Assembly: GCA_965267575.1 (NCBI GenBank)
Contig: OZ254086.1
Location: forward strand, 2,592,001 to 2,656,000
Source of the DNA: Calditrichales bacterium
Lineage (GTDB): Bacteria; Calditrichota; Calditrichia; Calditrichales; J004
Length of the DNA: 64,000 nucleotides
Direction of reading: 5' to 3'
Both the position numbers and the translations under genes were made by a program. Position 1 is the first letter of the stretch, and each line of letters begins with the position of its first letter. Shown here piece by piece: positions 19,418-28,028 of this stretch. The notes beneath the pieces are model-generated. The model saw only the letters and a program-made list of their open reading frames with translations, searched no databases and was not told the DNA's origin.

Positions 19418-20863
19418 ATGATGCGTTTATTAATGACTTTGGTTTTAGGGTTTGGCTTGTTGTTCCTGGTAAGCTGCGAAGAAAGCGGTACGGACAGCGA
19501 GGGTAATGAGCTTGAGGTAAGCGAGACCGTCCAAAACAACGCGGCGGTCGGTTTTCAGATCAATCAGTATGTGGCCACGGGCAGCGAAGTGGAAAGCTAT
19601 ACGCACCCCGACGCACCGGACGCCGGTGATGATTTCAGCGGATTTGGCCCGGGGCTGAGCACAATGCGCAACGCCAAAGAAAAGGCAATCGCCGCGCAGC
19701 AAAAGATTTACGAGCATTTGGAGCAGTTACCTGCATTATACAAGGTGAGTGCCGATTCGCTGCTTTTTGAATTCCGCGATACCACCGGTACGCGCATTTC
19801 GCGGTTGGCGTTTTATTTTGACGATGAAAGCAATCTGCTGAAAATGATTGCGGTGACCAGCAACAGCAACGCCAACGCCCGCGTGCAGTATGATTCGCTG
19901 TTTTTAAGCGTGGATGTGGGCAACGGCCTTGATGATGACAGTGATGACCGCCTGCAGGAGTTTTATAACTACCAGGAATTCCGCGAAAACTTCATCGTGC
20001 AGCGGATAGAGAGCAGCCTGACCGTCACGGCCTGGGCGATGGACGGCGAGCCGACCGGCTTTACAATGAATTCCACATCCTGGTATCGTGACAGCAGCCG
20101 TCTGGAGCGCGTTGAACGCACTTTTGTATTCAATCCCGATGAATCCGGTTCTATTACCGAAACATTTTATTTCCGCGACGGCACGACGCTGACGAATACG
20201 GTTACTTTTAATAACAACGGTACGGGCACCTTCAGCCGCGAATTCCGCAACGGTACAACAGTCAGCGGTTCTTTCAATACCGTGGAGGATGACCTGGAAG
20301 GATTTTACGCTTCCACAACAACTTTCCCGGGCAGCTTTTATTTAAGCGAGATCTACACGCTGGCTGAGGTTAGCATTGATCCGTTTATGCAGAGTTTTGT
20401 TGGCGCCTGGAGCGAGCGCATTACCTTCCGCAACGGCGCCGTGGATTCCGGGCATGTGGATATCAGTGTCTCCGTTGATAATGATACGCGCACAACCGAA
20501 CTGGACATCACGCGCATAAACGGCGCGCACGGCCGGTTGACCATCGTGGGTACGGACGACCTTTCCACCCTGAACGGCTGGTGGGTAACGTTTGATGATT
20601 ATTATGTTATGGTTACCGGCGAATACTATTTTGACGGCAGCGGATGGCTGCGTTATGAGGTCTATGAAAACGAAACGGCTTATATGAATGGCGATGAACC
20701 GGTCATGATTGCCGAGTACAACTTCACCGCTGATGGCGGCGCCATAGGTACGATTACATCCAACGGCGAAACCTACGATGTGGAGCTGGATGCCACAGGC
20801 CAGGGCACATTGATTGGCCAGGCCGGAAGAAAGACCATAAACTTGTATCGAAATAACAACTAG
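19418..20863 (+). CDS. Uncharacterised acidic beta-rich lipoprotein
   Basis: AGGAGG RBS, lipobox FLVSC, repeated beta-hairpin turns (FRDGT, FRNGT, FRNGA). Confidence 0.8.
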   Translation: MMRLLMTLVLGFGLLFLVSCEESGTDSEGNELEVSETVQNNAAVGFQINQYVATGSEVESYTHPDAPDAGDDFSGFGPGLSTMRNAKEKAIAAQQKIYEHLEQLPALYKVSADSLLFEFRDTTGTRISRLAFYFDDESNLLKMIAVTSNSNANARVQYDSLFLSVDVGNGLDDDSDDRLQEFYNYQEFRENFIVQRIESSLTVTAWAMDGEPTGFTMNSTSWYRDSSRLERVERTFVFNPDESGSITETFYFRDGTTLTNTVTFNNNGTGTFSREFRNGTTVSGSFNTVEDDLEGFYASTTTFPGSFYLSEIYTLAEVSIDPFMQSFVGAWSERITFRNGAVDSGHVDISVSVDNDTRTTELDITRINGAHGRLTIVGTDDLSTLNGWWVTFDDYYVMVTGEYYFDGSGWLRYEVYENETAYMNGDEPVMIAEYNFTADGGAIGTITSNGETYDVELDATGQGTLIGQAGRKTINLYRNNN

Positions 20864-20874
20864 ATAGAAGATTC

Positions 20875-20903
20875 AAAGCCCCGGTGATGAGCCGGGGCTT
20901 TTT
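20875..20903. terminator. Intrinsic terminator
   Basis: AAAGCCCCGG-loop-CCGGGGCTTTTT. Confidence 0.85.
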
Positions 20904-20917
20904 AGTTCTGAAAGTAG

Positions 20918-21106
20918 CGGTCCGGTGGTCTTGAAGTCTTGGAGTCTTGTGGTTAGGAAGTCGTTTTGAAAGAATGCAAAAATGTGAGAATGAGAAGGAG
21001 AAAGAGAAAGAATAAGAACAAGATAACAGACACTTGCGATATCAAAATATCCTGACCTCCCGGCCTCAAGACCTCAAGACGTCAATACTCCAGGACTTCC
21101 GGACCG
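20918..21106. repeat. Inverted arms of degenerate 8-bp tandem repeats around a purine-rich spacer
   Basis: Left arm CGGTCCGG TGGTCTTG AAGTCTTG GAGTCTTG; right arm 21051-21106 reads CGGTCCGG AAGTCCTG GAGTATTG ACGTCTTG AGGTCTTG on the minus strand. Confidence 0.65.
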
Positions 21107-21111
21107 GCCTA

Positions 21112-21954
21112 TCAACCGGCGAGCTTCTCTTTTCCTACTCCGGCCCGTTCCGACTCATACAACAGCAACGCCTTCTTGCGCGTGCTGCCCCAGTGATAAT
21201 CGCCAAACAGGCCCATCTCCCGGATAACGCGGTGGCAGGGGATCAGGTAGCTGACCGGGTTGGCCCCGACGGCGCTGCCCACGGCGCGGCCGGCACCGGG
21301 CTTGCCGATCATTTTGGCGATATCGCCGTAGCTGGCCACACAGCCCTCCGGTATCCTCAGCAATGCTTCCCATACCTTGATCTGGAAATTGGTACCTTTT
21401 ATGAATAGCAGCAGGGGTTGGGCGTTTTCCCTTTCAAAAATGCCCTTATGGATATCTGCCGTAGCCTTGTCATTACGCAGCAGGCGGGCCAACGGGTAAC
21501 GCGAGGCCACATCGGCCATAAGCTCATCCGCATCACCAAAACCCAGATAGCAAATGCCGCGATCGGTCAGTGCCAGCAGGGCTTTTCCAAAGGGCGTATC
21601 ATGAGCGCCGCAGGTAATTGTCATCCCCGCACCCATCTTCTTATATTCTCCGGGGGTGACAGCATCGATCTGCACAAAAAGGTCATGCAACCGGCCGGGA
21701 CTGGAAAGCCCGCTGTCGTAGGTGGCGTCCAAAACTGAGCGTGAGCGACGCAACAGCTCACGGGCATGACGGGCAGTCAAAAACTGTAGAAACCTCTTTG
21801 GGCTGATGCCGACCCACTCCCTAAAAACGCGCTGCAGGTGAAAAGGACTCACATCAAGACGGGCGGCGATTTTATCAAGGCCCGGTTGTTGCAGGTGTTG
21901 CTGTTCAATAAACTGCAAGGCCTGTTCAATCAGATAATAGTGTGTGTTTGGCAT
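21112..21954 (-). CDS. AraC-HTH plus O6-methylguanine-DNA methyltransferase (Ada-like)
   Basis: SPFHLQRVFREWVGISPKRF HTH; GTNFQIKVWEAL, RAVGSA, IPCHRV active site. Confidence 0.92.
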   Translation of the reverse strand: MPNTHYYLIEQALQFIEQQHLQQPGLDKIAARLDVSPFHLQRVFREWVGISPKRFLQFLTARHARELLRRSRSVLDATYDSGLSSPGRLHDLFVQIDAVTPGEYKKMGAGMTITCGAHDTPFGKALLALTDRGICYLGFGDADELMADVASRYPLARLLRNDKATADIHKGIFERENAQPLLLFIKGTNFQIKVWEALLRIPEGCVASYGDIAKMIGKPGAGRAVGSAVGANPVSYLIPCHRVIREMGLFGDYHWGSTRKKALLLYESERAGVGKEKLAG

Positions 21955-22061
21955 GGCACGATCCTTATTTTCGAAAATAATACGTTTCCGCCGAAAAGAA
22001 AACCACCCGATTCTTGCGGGTATGAAACAGTTTGAACCTTTCATTTAAAAGAGGAGGTGCT

Positions 22062-22457
22062 ATGAATAAGCTGCTTTATTCATTAATGCTCGTTTTTATT
22101 TTTTCGGCGATTGCCTTTGCGCAGCAGGAAGCTTCCATGCTGTCCGTATCGGAAATGGTCGTATGCACGGCCGTTGAGGAACGTCAGCCGGTTGGTGCGG
22201 ATACGGCTTTTGCCGACACGGTGGGTCAGGTTTACTGCTATACGGCGCTCAGCGGAGGGCAGGATACCACTGCGGTTGCTCATGTCTGGTATCACGGCGA
22301 TGAGGAGAAGGCACGCGTTAACCTGAATGTGCGCGGCAGTTCCTGGCGTACGTGGAGCTCCAAGCGCATTGCTCCGGAATGGACCGGCGCCTGGCGCGTT
22401 GATGTTGTGGATGCCGCCGGTAACGTATTGGCCAGCCGCAACTTCACGATCCGCTAG
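22062..22457 (+). CDS. Secreted DUF2914-like protein
   Basis: GAGGAGG RBS, signal peptide, HVWY, WRTWSSK, GAWRVDV. Confidence 0.8.
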   Translation: MNKLLYSLMLVFIFSAIAFAQQEASMLSVSEMVVCTAVEERQPVGADTAFADTVGQVYCYTALSGGQDTTAVAHVWYHGDEEKARVNLNVRGSSWRTWSSKRIAPEWTGAWRVDVVDAAGNVLASRNFTIR

Positions 22458-22461
22458 AAAT

Positions 22462-22495
22462 AAAAAAAGCGATCCTTTGGCGGGATCGCTTTTTT
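22462..22495. terminator. Bidirectional intrinsic terminator
   Basis: A7-GCGATCC-loop-GGATCGC-T6. Confidence 0.88.
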
Positions 22496-22521
22496 GTTTT
22501 TTTGGTAATGCTTTTAACCTG

Positions 22522-23352
22522 CTATACGCTCTGCGGCTCAGCCGCCTCATGCGCGGTCTTAACGATCATATCCCAATAGCCCAGGGCGCCAAGTATCGCC
22601 AGATTGACAAACAGTAAAGGCGCAAATATTGGCGCGCCATAAAGAAAATTGTCAAAAAACGTCGATGGGCCGGTCAGGTCAGCCACAAGGTGCAGGATAA
22701 ATCCCAATCCGCCAACAGCGGCCTGCAGCACCATCATGTATTGACATTGGCGCAAAAAGGAGATTTGGTTTTTACCCCACAGGCTTACCAGCATAAAACC
22801 GACGGCCAGGGCAGACGAGAAGACCGGTATCCACTCGGCGGCAACAAAAAATCCGTTCTGCGCGTGGTCAGCCAGCGACAAAACGAAATTGCCGATAAAG
22901 CCGCCCCAGGCCAGAAAGACAATCCACCAGCCCCAGGCATATTCATCTTCGCCAACCATGCGGTTCAGCAGCAGCAGAAAACCTATGCCGGCAAAGGCCA
23001 GAGGCGCGGCAAACGGCGCCGTGTAAACCAGGCTCTTCAGGCTCATCACCTGGAAAAACTGGCTTTCCAGATGCAGGAACATGCCCCATACACCCACGAT
23101 AATGGAGGCCCAGCCGACAAGAAAAGAAGCGAGACGTCCCGCGCCGTGGTTAAGATCAAGCTTTTGCAAAAATAGCATAACCGTTAGTATTAACGCGCCG
23201 ATGGCAGAAAAAATAACCGGTACCCACGTTTCCCAGCTGTGGAATTCTTCAATCGAATGGGCGATATAAACATCCAGAACGAGGAATGCCAGATTGATGA
23301 TGATAAAAACGTCCAGCAACAGAGCGCGTTTTTCGTACCACTTAGTTAGCAT
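22522..23352 (-). CDS. Polytopic membrane protein with two internal repeats, partner of the octaheme cytochrome
   Basis: About 8 hydrophobic segments; duplicated H...W(V/I)PV...G..LHL...AP..APL; overlaps the upstream stop. Confidence 0.8.
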   Translation of the reverse strand: MLTKWYEKRALLLDVFIIINLAFLVLDVYIAHSIEEFHSWETWVPVIFSAIGALILTVMLFLQKLDLNHGAGRLASFLVGWASIIVGVWGMFLHLESQFFQVMSLKSLVYTAPFAAPLAFAGIGFLLLLNRMVGEDEYAWGWWIVFLAWGGFIGNFVLSLADHAQNGFFVAAEWIPVFSSALAVGFMLVSLWGKNQISFLRQCQYMMVLQAAVGGLGFILHLVADLTGPSTFFDNFLYGAPIFAPLLFVNLAILGALGYWDMIVKTAHEAAEPQSV

Positions 23353-24577
23353 GGCTTCCGCTCCTCAGCTCGGCGGCCATCTCTTCCATTTCGATCATCT
23401 TGTACAGCAGCTCGTAATTGCCGTGCCACTGTGTATAATCCGCACCGCCCATAAACGCGCCATGCTTGGCCGTACGACCGAAATAGTGCCAGAAATCGAA
23501 ATAGAGAAAATCCATCGGCTCGTCGAAAGGCTGCTTGGTTAACAAGCCTTCTTTTTGAAGCTGGGCGTAAAGATCGGCGCCTTTTTTAACTTTTTCATTG
23601 GTTGCCAGGACCACGGCCTCCGCTTTGCGATAAAACTCATCCGTGTGTTCCTGGGTATGGCACTTCATGCACAATTCTTTCATCTCGGCCTGCGCCCCAG
23701 CGTAGTTGGGACGTTTGTCAGAAACTTCGGCATAGAGATACCATGAGAGACGCTCGCTCAGGTCGTGCGTTACTTTCATGCCTTCAAGGCCGCTCATGTG
23801 GCAGGTGGCGCAGTTGGGCGCGAAGATGTCTTCCACTTTAAGCTCTTTGGGGTCGGCGTCCATGTTCATGCGGTCTTTGGTGGCGTGGTAAATGGCGCCG
23901 TGTTTGGATTGGTTGAAAATTTCGATCTGCGAGTGATCGGGCCCCAGGTGGCATTGTCCGCAGGTTTGCGGCTGGCGGGCGAGGGCAATGGAGGCCAGGT
24001 GGCGCGAGTGGCATTCGGTACAGTTGCCGATGGAACCGTCGGCATTGGGCTTGCCGATGGAGTGGCAGCCTTCGCAGCCGGCTACCGTCGCGGCTTCACC
24101 TTCCAGGATGGCCAGCGCGTTTGCAGGTCGTTTTACAGTGCCCGGGTGAAATTTCTCGGCGTGTTCGATCTGCTCTTCGGTAAAAGGCTCGCTGCCACGT
24201 ACGGCGGCAAAGGCCGGGGCAGCATGGCGGCTGCGGTTAAACTGCTGGTACTCGGTTTGATGGCATTGCTTGCAGTTGCCCGAGGTTACATCGGTGGTAA
24301 TCGTAAATCCGCGGTGATCCAGGCTTTCCTGTCCTTCCAACGGCCGGTGGCAATCGATGCAGTTTACACCGGCGGCAGAGTGGGCGCTTTGTTCAAATTC
24401 CACCACAATGGCGGCCGTTTCCGCGCGGTGACATTCGGCGCATTTGCCGCTCGCTTTTACAAATTCGGCAGTAGGCTCATTGGTGTCCACGGCCGGTCGT
24501 TGAAGGTTTAAAACAATCGCCGCAACTATTAAAGACACGCCGATGAATACGGAAATAAATACGGATTTAAAAGACAT
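23342..24577 (-). CDS. Octaheme c-type cytochrome of the HAO family (epsilon-Hao-like)
   Basis: 8 CxxCH motifs (CAECH, CIDCH, CKQCH, CEGCH, CTECH, CGQCH, CATCH, CMKCH); CHLGPDHSQIEI..SKHG; HGAFMGGADYTQWHG; N-terminal TM anchor. Confidence 0.88.
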   Translation of the reverse strand: MSFKSVFISVFIGVSLIVAAIVLNLQRPAVDTNEPTAEFVKASGKCAECHRAETAAIVVEFEQSAHSAAGVNCIDCHRPLEGQESLDHRGFTITTDVTSGNCKQCHQTEYQQFNRSRHAAPAFAAVRGSEPFTEEQIEHAEKFHPGTVKRPANALAILEGEAATVAGCEGCHSIGKPNADGSIGNCTECHSRHLASIALARQPQTCGQCHLGPDHSQIEIFNQSKHGAIYHATKDRMNMDADPKELKVEDIFAPNCATCHMSGLEGMKVTHDLSERLSWYLYAEVSDKRPNYAGAQAEMKELCMKCHTQEHTDEFYRKAEAVVLATNEKVKKGADLYAQLQKEGLLTKQPFDEPMDFLYFDFWHYFGRTAKHGAFMGGADYTQWHGNYELLYKMIEMEEMAAELRSGSHAN

Positions 24578-24654
24578 CAGGCCTCCCAAGGTTTTAAAAG
24601 TAATTTTGCAACCGGTAAAATTACCAGAAATATTGAAAGGTGCAACTTAATGAG

Positions 24655-25098
24655 TTAACCTTTTGCGTTTTCAAGATAGCTTTTTATTGCATCAAGATCA
24701 TTTTCCAAAGTTTTTACCAAAATGGATTCCCCGGCTTTTAACATCATCCGGGCCATAAAGCCGTTGGGCTTCATGTTCAGGGTAAGTTGCAGCGTACTTG
24801 CGTTTTCAGCCGGCCTGATTTCAAATATGGAAGTCACATCAATATCCTGGATTGATGCCTTTACCACCAGGCGTTCGTGTGGCTGCCATTCGCTTACTGC
24901 AAGTTCTTCCGTCACTTCCTTGCCGCCTATACGGCGTGTTTCTTTAAAGCGTGTGCCGCGGCCCTGGCGTTGTTCGGTTAAAAATTCCACGGCCGTAATC
25001 GTATCAATGATTTGCGGTGCTTTTTCAAAATCCGCGATGGCGCTGAAAACCTGCTCTGGCGTCGAATTGATGGTGCGCTGCAACCGGATCGGGTCCAT
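24655..25098 (-). CDS. SRPBCC/START family protein
   Basis: PEQVFSAIADFE, GRGTRFKETR, C-terminal helix NDLDAIKSYLE. Confidence 0.85.
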   Translation of the reverse strand: MDPIRLQRTINSTPEQVFSAIADFEKAPQIIDTITAVEFLTEQRQGRGTRFKETRRIGGKEVTEELAVSEWQPHERLVVKASIQDIDVTSIFEIRPAENASTLQLTLNMKPNGFMARMMLKAGESILVKTLENDLDAIKSYLENAKG

Positions 25099-25204
25099 AG
25101 CTGTTCCTCTATTGGCTTGTAAAATCAGGAATATGAAGTATGCACCTGGCTGGCAATAATTGATATTAAAAAATTAACATTAGGATGCAAGTCTAGCAGG
25201 CCGC

Positions 25205-25819
25205 TTAAGGTTTTTTATCATAACGCAGGCGGTAAAGACTGTCAAAAATCTCACCGTCATCATGGTAAAGCATGGTGGCGGCCTTAAGCGATGTTCTGCC
25301 GTTATGCGTAAGTACGGTGCGCGCTTCATGGTGCGACCCTTGCAGGTCGCTAAGGAAAGCGCCATCCGGGTGCAGGATGGCAATATGGCCGTTGCAGCAG
25401 CAGATATATGATGTGTTTTCATCCAAAGCCGCTGCAAAAAATATGGTACCGCGGATTGCGGCTACGGCGTTGGCTGTGCGCACGCGATAAGCTCCGGGTT
25501 TTTCCAGCAGGCTGAGCACCTTTCCGTGCAACAGGTTTATCTCCGGCCGGCCGCTGCTGTCAGTAATAATAATAGTGCTCTCCTCGCGAACACGCACCGA
25601 AATCTGTCCCTGTCTTGAAATTTCAGCGATCGACTCAGCACCTGTTTCGATACGGTCACCGTCTGCTATGGTTTGGCCTAACGATGCTTTTTGTCCGTTT
25701 AAAAAAACTTGTCCCAGGATATAGTGCATCCTGAGAGGTTCGATTGCTTTTTCTTGTTTGCAGCCCGCGATGAGCAGCAGGCAGATTGCCGTAAGTGTCG
25801 TAGTCTTAATCAGGTTCAT
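25205..25819 (-). CDS. FecR-domain lipoprotein
   Basis: Lipobox IAGC; GDRIETGAES, VRTANAVAAIRGT. Confidence 0.8.
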   Translation of the reverse strand: MNLIKTTTLTAICLLLIAGCKQEKAIEPLRMHYILGQVFLNGQKASLGQTIADGDRIETGAESIAEISRQGQISVRVREESTIIITDSSGRPEINLLHGKVLSLLEKPGAYRVRTANAVAAIRGTIFFAAALDENTSYICCCNGHIAILHPDGAFLSDLQGSHHEARTVLTHNGRTSLKAATMLYHDDGEIFDSLYRLRYDKKP

Positions 25820-26792
25820 TTTTGAGGTCCATGAAGTTGGAGTAAAGCTTGCTGTATTCGGTCTGATAGCGGATCAGTTCGAGTTCGGATTCGTGGATTG
25901 CGCCCATGTAATCGGGTATTTGGTCAACACCGTTGCCGATATTTCCGGCGAGGTCTTTTAACAGGTGCGGTATCGAAGCCAGAATATCGTTGGCCATGGT
26001 GGCGTCGTTTTCCACAATGCGCCTGAAAAACTGCCGGTACAGGTTGATTTTATACTGCTTATTCCAAGAACAAAATACATCCGCAGCAAGCCCGCCGAGA
26101 TAGCTGTATTCAATTATCTCGCGATACGGGTCGGGGAAATTCTTTTTGTAAACCAGACGTAGATTGTTTTGGTACTTGATCGCCATTATTACCGTTTTGG
26201 GCATGTTCCAGCGCTCAGCGACGATCGTACCCGCTTGCGAGTTTAATATCTTGATATGCTGCTTTTCAACATAGGGCAGCTCAAGGCCTTTTTCGCGTGC
26301 TTCCTTTATGATATCCAGGTAGCTGTCACCCATATAGCGCATAAAAATAAACATCCCGATATTTTGAAGCAGGGCGCCCAAAAAGGCCTCACTGCTCCAA
26401 CGGCAATTTTTAAGTTCAGCGATCAGGTCCGTGGCAACGGCGGCGCACAGGGACCTTTTAAAAAGATCGCTGTATTGATCTGCGTGCTTTTTTGGAAAAA
26501 GGTCGGCCATGGCCAGCGTAAAAGCGATATTGCGCAGTGATTTGATCCCGAGAATAGAAACCGCCTGCTTGATGTTTGTAACGGGGGATTTGAATTTGTA
26601 CATGGCTGAATTGACAATTTTTAGAACGCGCGCGCTCATCGATGCGTCGCTCTCGATGATCTTTGACACGGCGTACAAAGACACATCGGGGTCTGAGGCC
26701 ATCTTGAAGAGTTTTACAACGTTGCCGGGAAGGGCGGGAAAGTCTTCTGCGGTTTCGATGATTTTCAGAATATCCGGTTCATGTTTTTCCAT
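25806..26792 (-). CDS. HDOD domain protein
   Basis: FPALP, IESDASMSARVLKIVNSAMY, QAVSILG, GALLQNIG, ERWNMP. Confidence 0.88.
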   Translation of the reverse strand: MEKHEPDILKIIETAEDFPALPGNVVKLFKMASDPDVSLYAVSKIIESDASMSARVLKIVNSAMYKFKSPVTNIKQAVSILGIKSLRNIAFTLAMADLFPKKHADQYSDLFKRSLCAAVATDLIAELKNCRWSSEAFLGALLQNIGMFIFMRYMGDSYLDIIKEAREKGLELPYVEKQHIKILNSQAGTIVAERWNMPKTVIMAIKYQNNLRLVYKKNFPDPYREIIEYSYLGGLAADVFCSWNKQYKINLYRQFFRRIVENDATMANDILASIPHLLKDLAGNIGNGVDQIPDYMGAIHESELELIRYQTEYSKLYSNFMDLKNEPD

Positions 26793-26921
26793 GGAAAGAC
26801 CATTTATATTCGAGATATATAAATCGAACCAAACAGCGTTAACTTAATGCCGCGTTTATTTTTATTTGCTCTTTTCCGCTATGGCCTAAAATCCTAAATT
26901 GCATGATTTACAAATTGCGGA

Positions 26922-27926
26922 GTGTCTCTTTTGGTCATCACAGAAACCCTTTTGTTTTTTGTCGGGCTTTTTCTCCTTTATGTTGGCGCGGAGCTGCTTG
27001 TGCGCGGGTCTTCCCGTATCGCCCTGCTAATGCAGATACCGCCGATAGTCGTCGGTTTAACCGTGGTAGCCTTCGGTACCTCATCGCCGGAATTTATCGT
27101 CAGCTTTTTTGCCGCATACAGTGGCAATATAGAAATCGCCATGGGCAATATCGTTGGCAGCAACATCGCCAATATCGGACTTGTTCTTGGCTTTTCGGCG
27201 CTGCTGCGTCCCATTGCCGGAATGGGCGGCAACGTGCGTAAGGAGATGTATTGGCTGGCGGTGGTTTCCATTGTTTTCTGGCTGTTTGCGTTTAACGGCG
27301 TCATCGGTCATTTAGAAGGTGTGCTTCTTTTTGCGGGTATTATCGCCTTTACCGGTATCTTGATCCGGCTGAGTCTGCAAAACCGCACCCTGGCAAAACA
27401 AAGCGGGGTTGTGGATGATATTCCCGATGTGAACACCGGCATGCAATGGCTGGATAAACGCAGCCGTCCGCAAAAGCTTGCAATTTTTGGATTGTATACA
27501 ATTCTGGGTATCGCTGTTTTGGCTGTCGGTTCGCGCATAACCATAGACGCATCTGTTACCATTGCCAATATTCTCGGCGTTCCGCAGGTTATTATCGGCC
27601 TTACGATGGTTGCCTTCGGGACTTCGCTGCCGGAGCTGGCCACTGCCATCATCTCCGTTGTAAAAAAGGAAAACGAGATCCTCGTCGGAAATGTCATCGG
27701 TAGCAACCTTTTTAACATAATGGCGGTGGCGGGTCCCATTGCGGCCGTATTTCCGATACCTTTGGATGAGCACATGAAACTTTTTGATTTTCCCCTGATG
27801 CTGCTGTTTACCTTTTTCCTGATCGTCATTCTGGTCTGGCGGCGCGGGGTTGAACGCTGGTCGGCATTTATTATGAGTGCCGGTTATGTTGCCTATATCG
27901 CCTGGGTGGCAGGCTTTTTGGGCTAA
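26922..27926 (+). CDS. Ca2+/Na+ antiporter (CaCA, YrbG-like)
   Basis: Alpha repeats GTSSPE...GNIVGSNIAN and GTSLPE...GNVIGSNLFN. Confidence 0.92.
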   Translation: MSLLVITETLLFFVGLFLLYVGAELLVRGSSRIALLMQIPPIVVGLTVVAFGTSSPEFIVSFFAAYSGNIEIAMGNIVGSNIANIGLVLGFSALLRPIAGMGGNVRKEMYWLAVVSIVFWLFAFNGVIGHLEGVLLFAGIIAFTGILIRLSLQNRTLAKQSGVVDDIPDVNTGMQWLDKRSRPQKLAIFGLYTILGIAVLAVGSRITIDASVTIANILGVPQVIIGLTMVAFGTSLPELATAIISVVKKENEILVGNVIGSNLFNIMAVAGPIAAVFPIPLDEHMKLFDFPLMLLFTFFLIVILVWRRGVERWSAFIMSAGYVAYIAWVAGFLG

Positions 27927-28028
27927 CTGCAATTTTTATGTTTTAAATCCTGTCTAATCGGGTTGGGGGTAACTCTTGTTAATTTTTGGCGTAAGAGGCA
28001 GCTTAATGTGAACGCGAAGCCTGCACCT

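Noticed and set aside
21954..21969. Sigma-54 promoter TGGCACGATCCTTATT
   Set aside because: The -12 element lacks TTGC and the motif overlaps the start codon of the opposite-strand gene
23342..24577. Nitrifier-type hydroxylamine oxidoreductase
   Set aside because: Trp rather than Tyr at the apparent cross-link position, and no cycA/cycB neighbours
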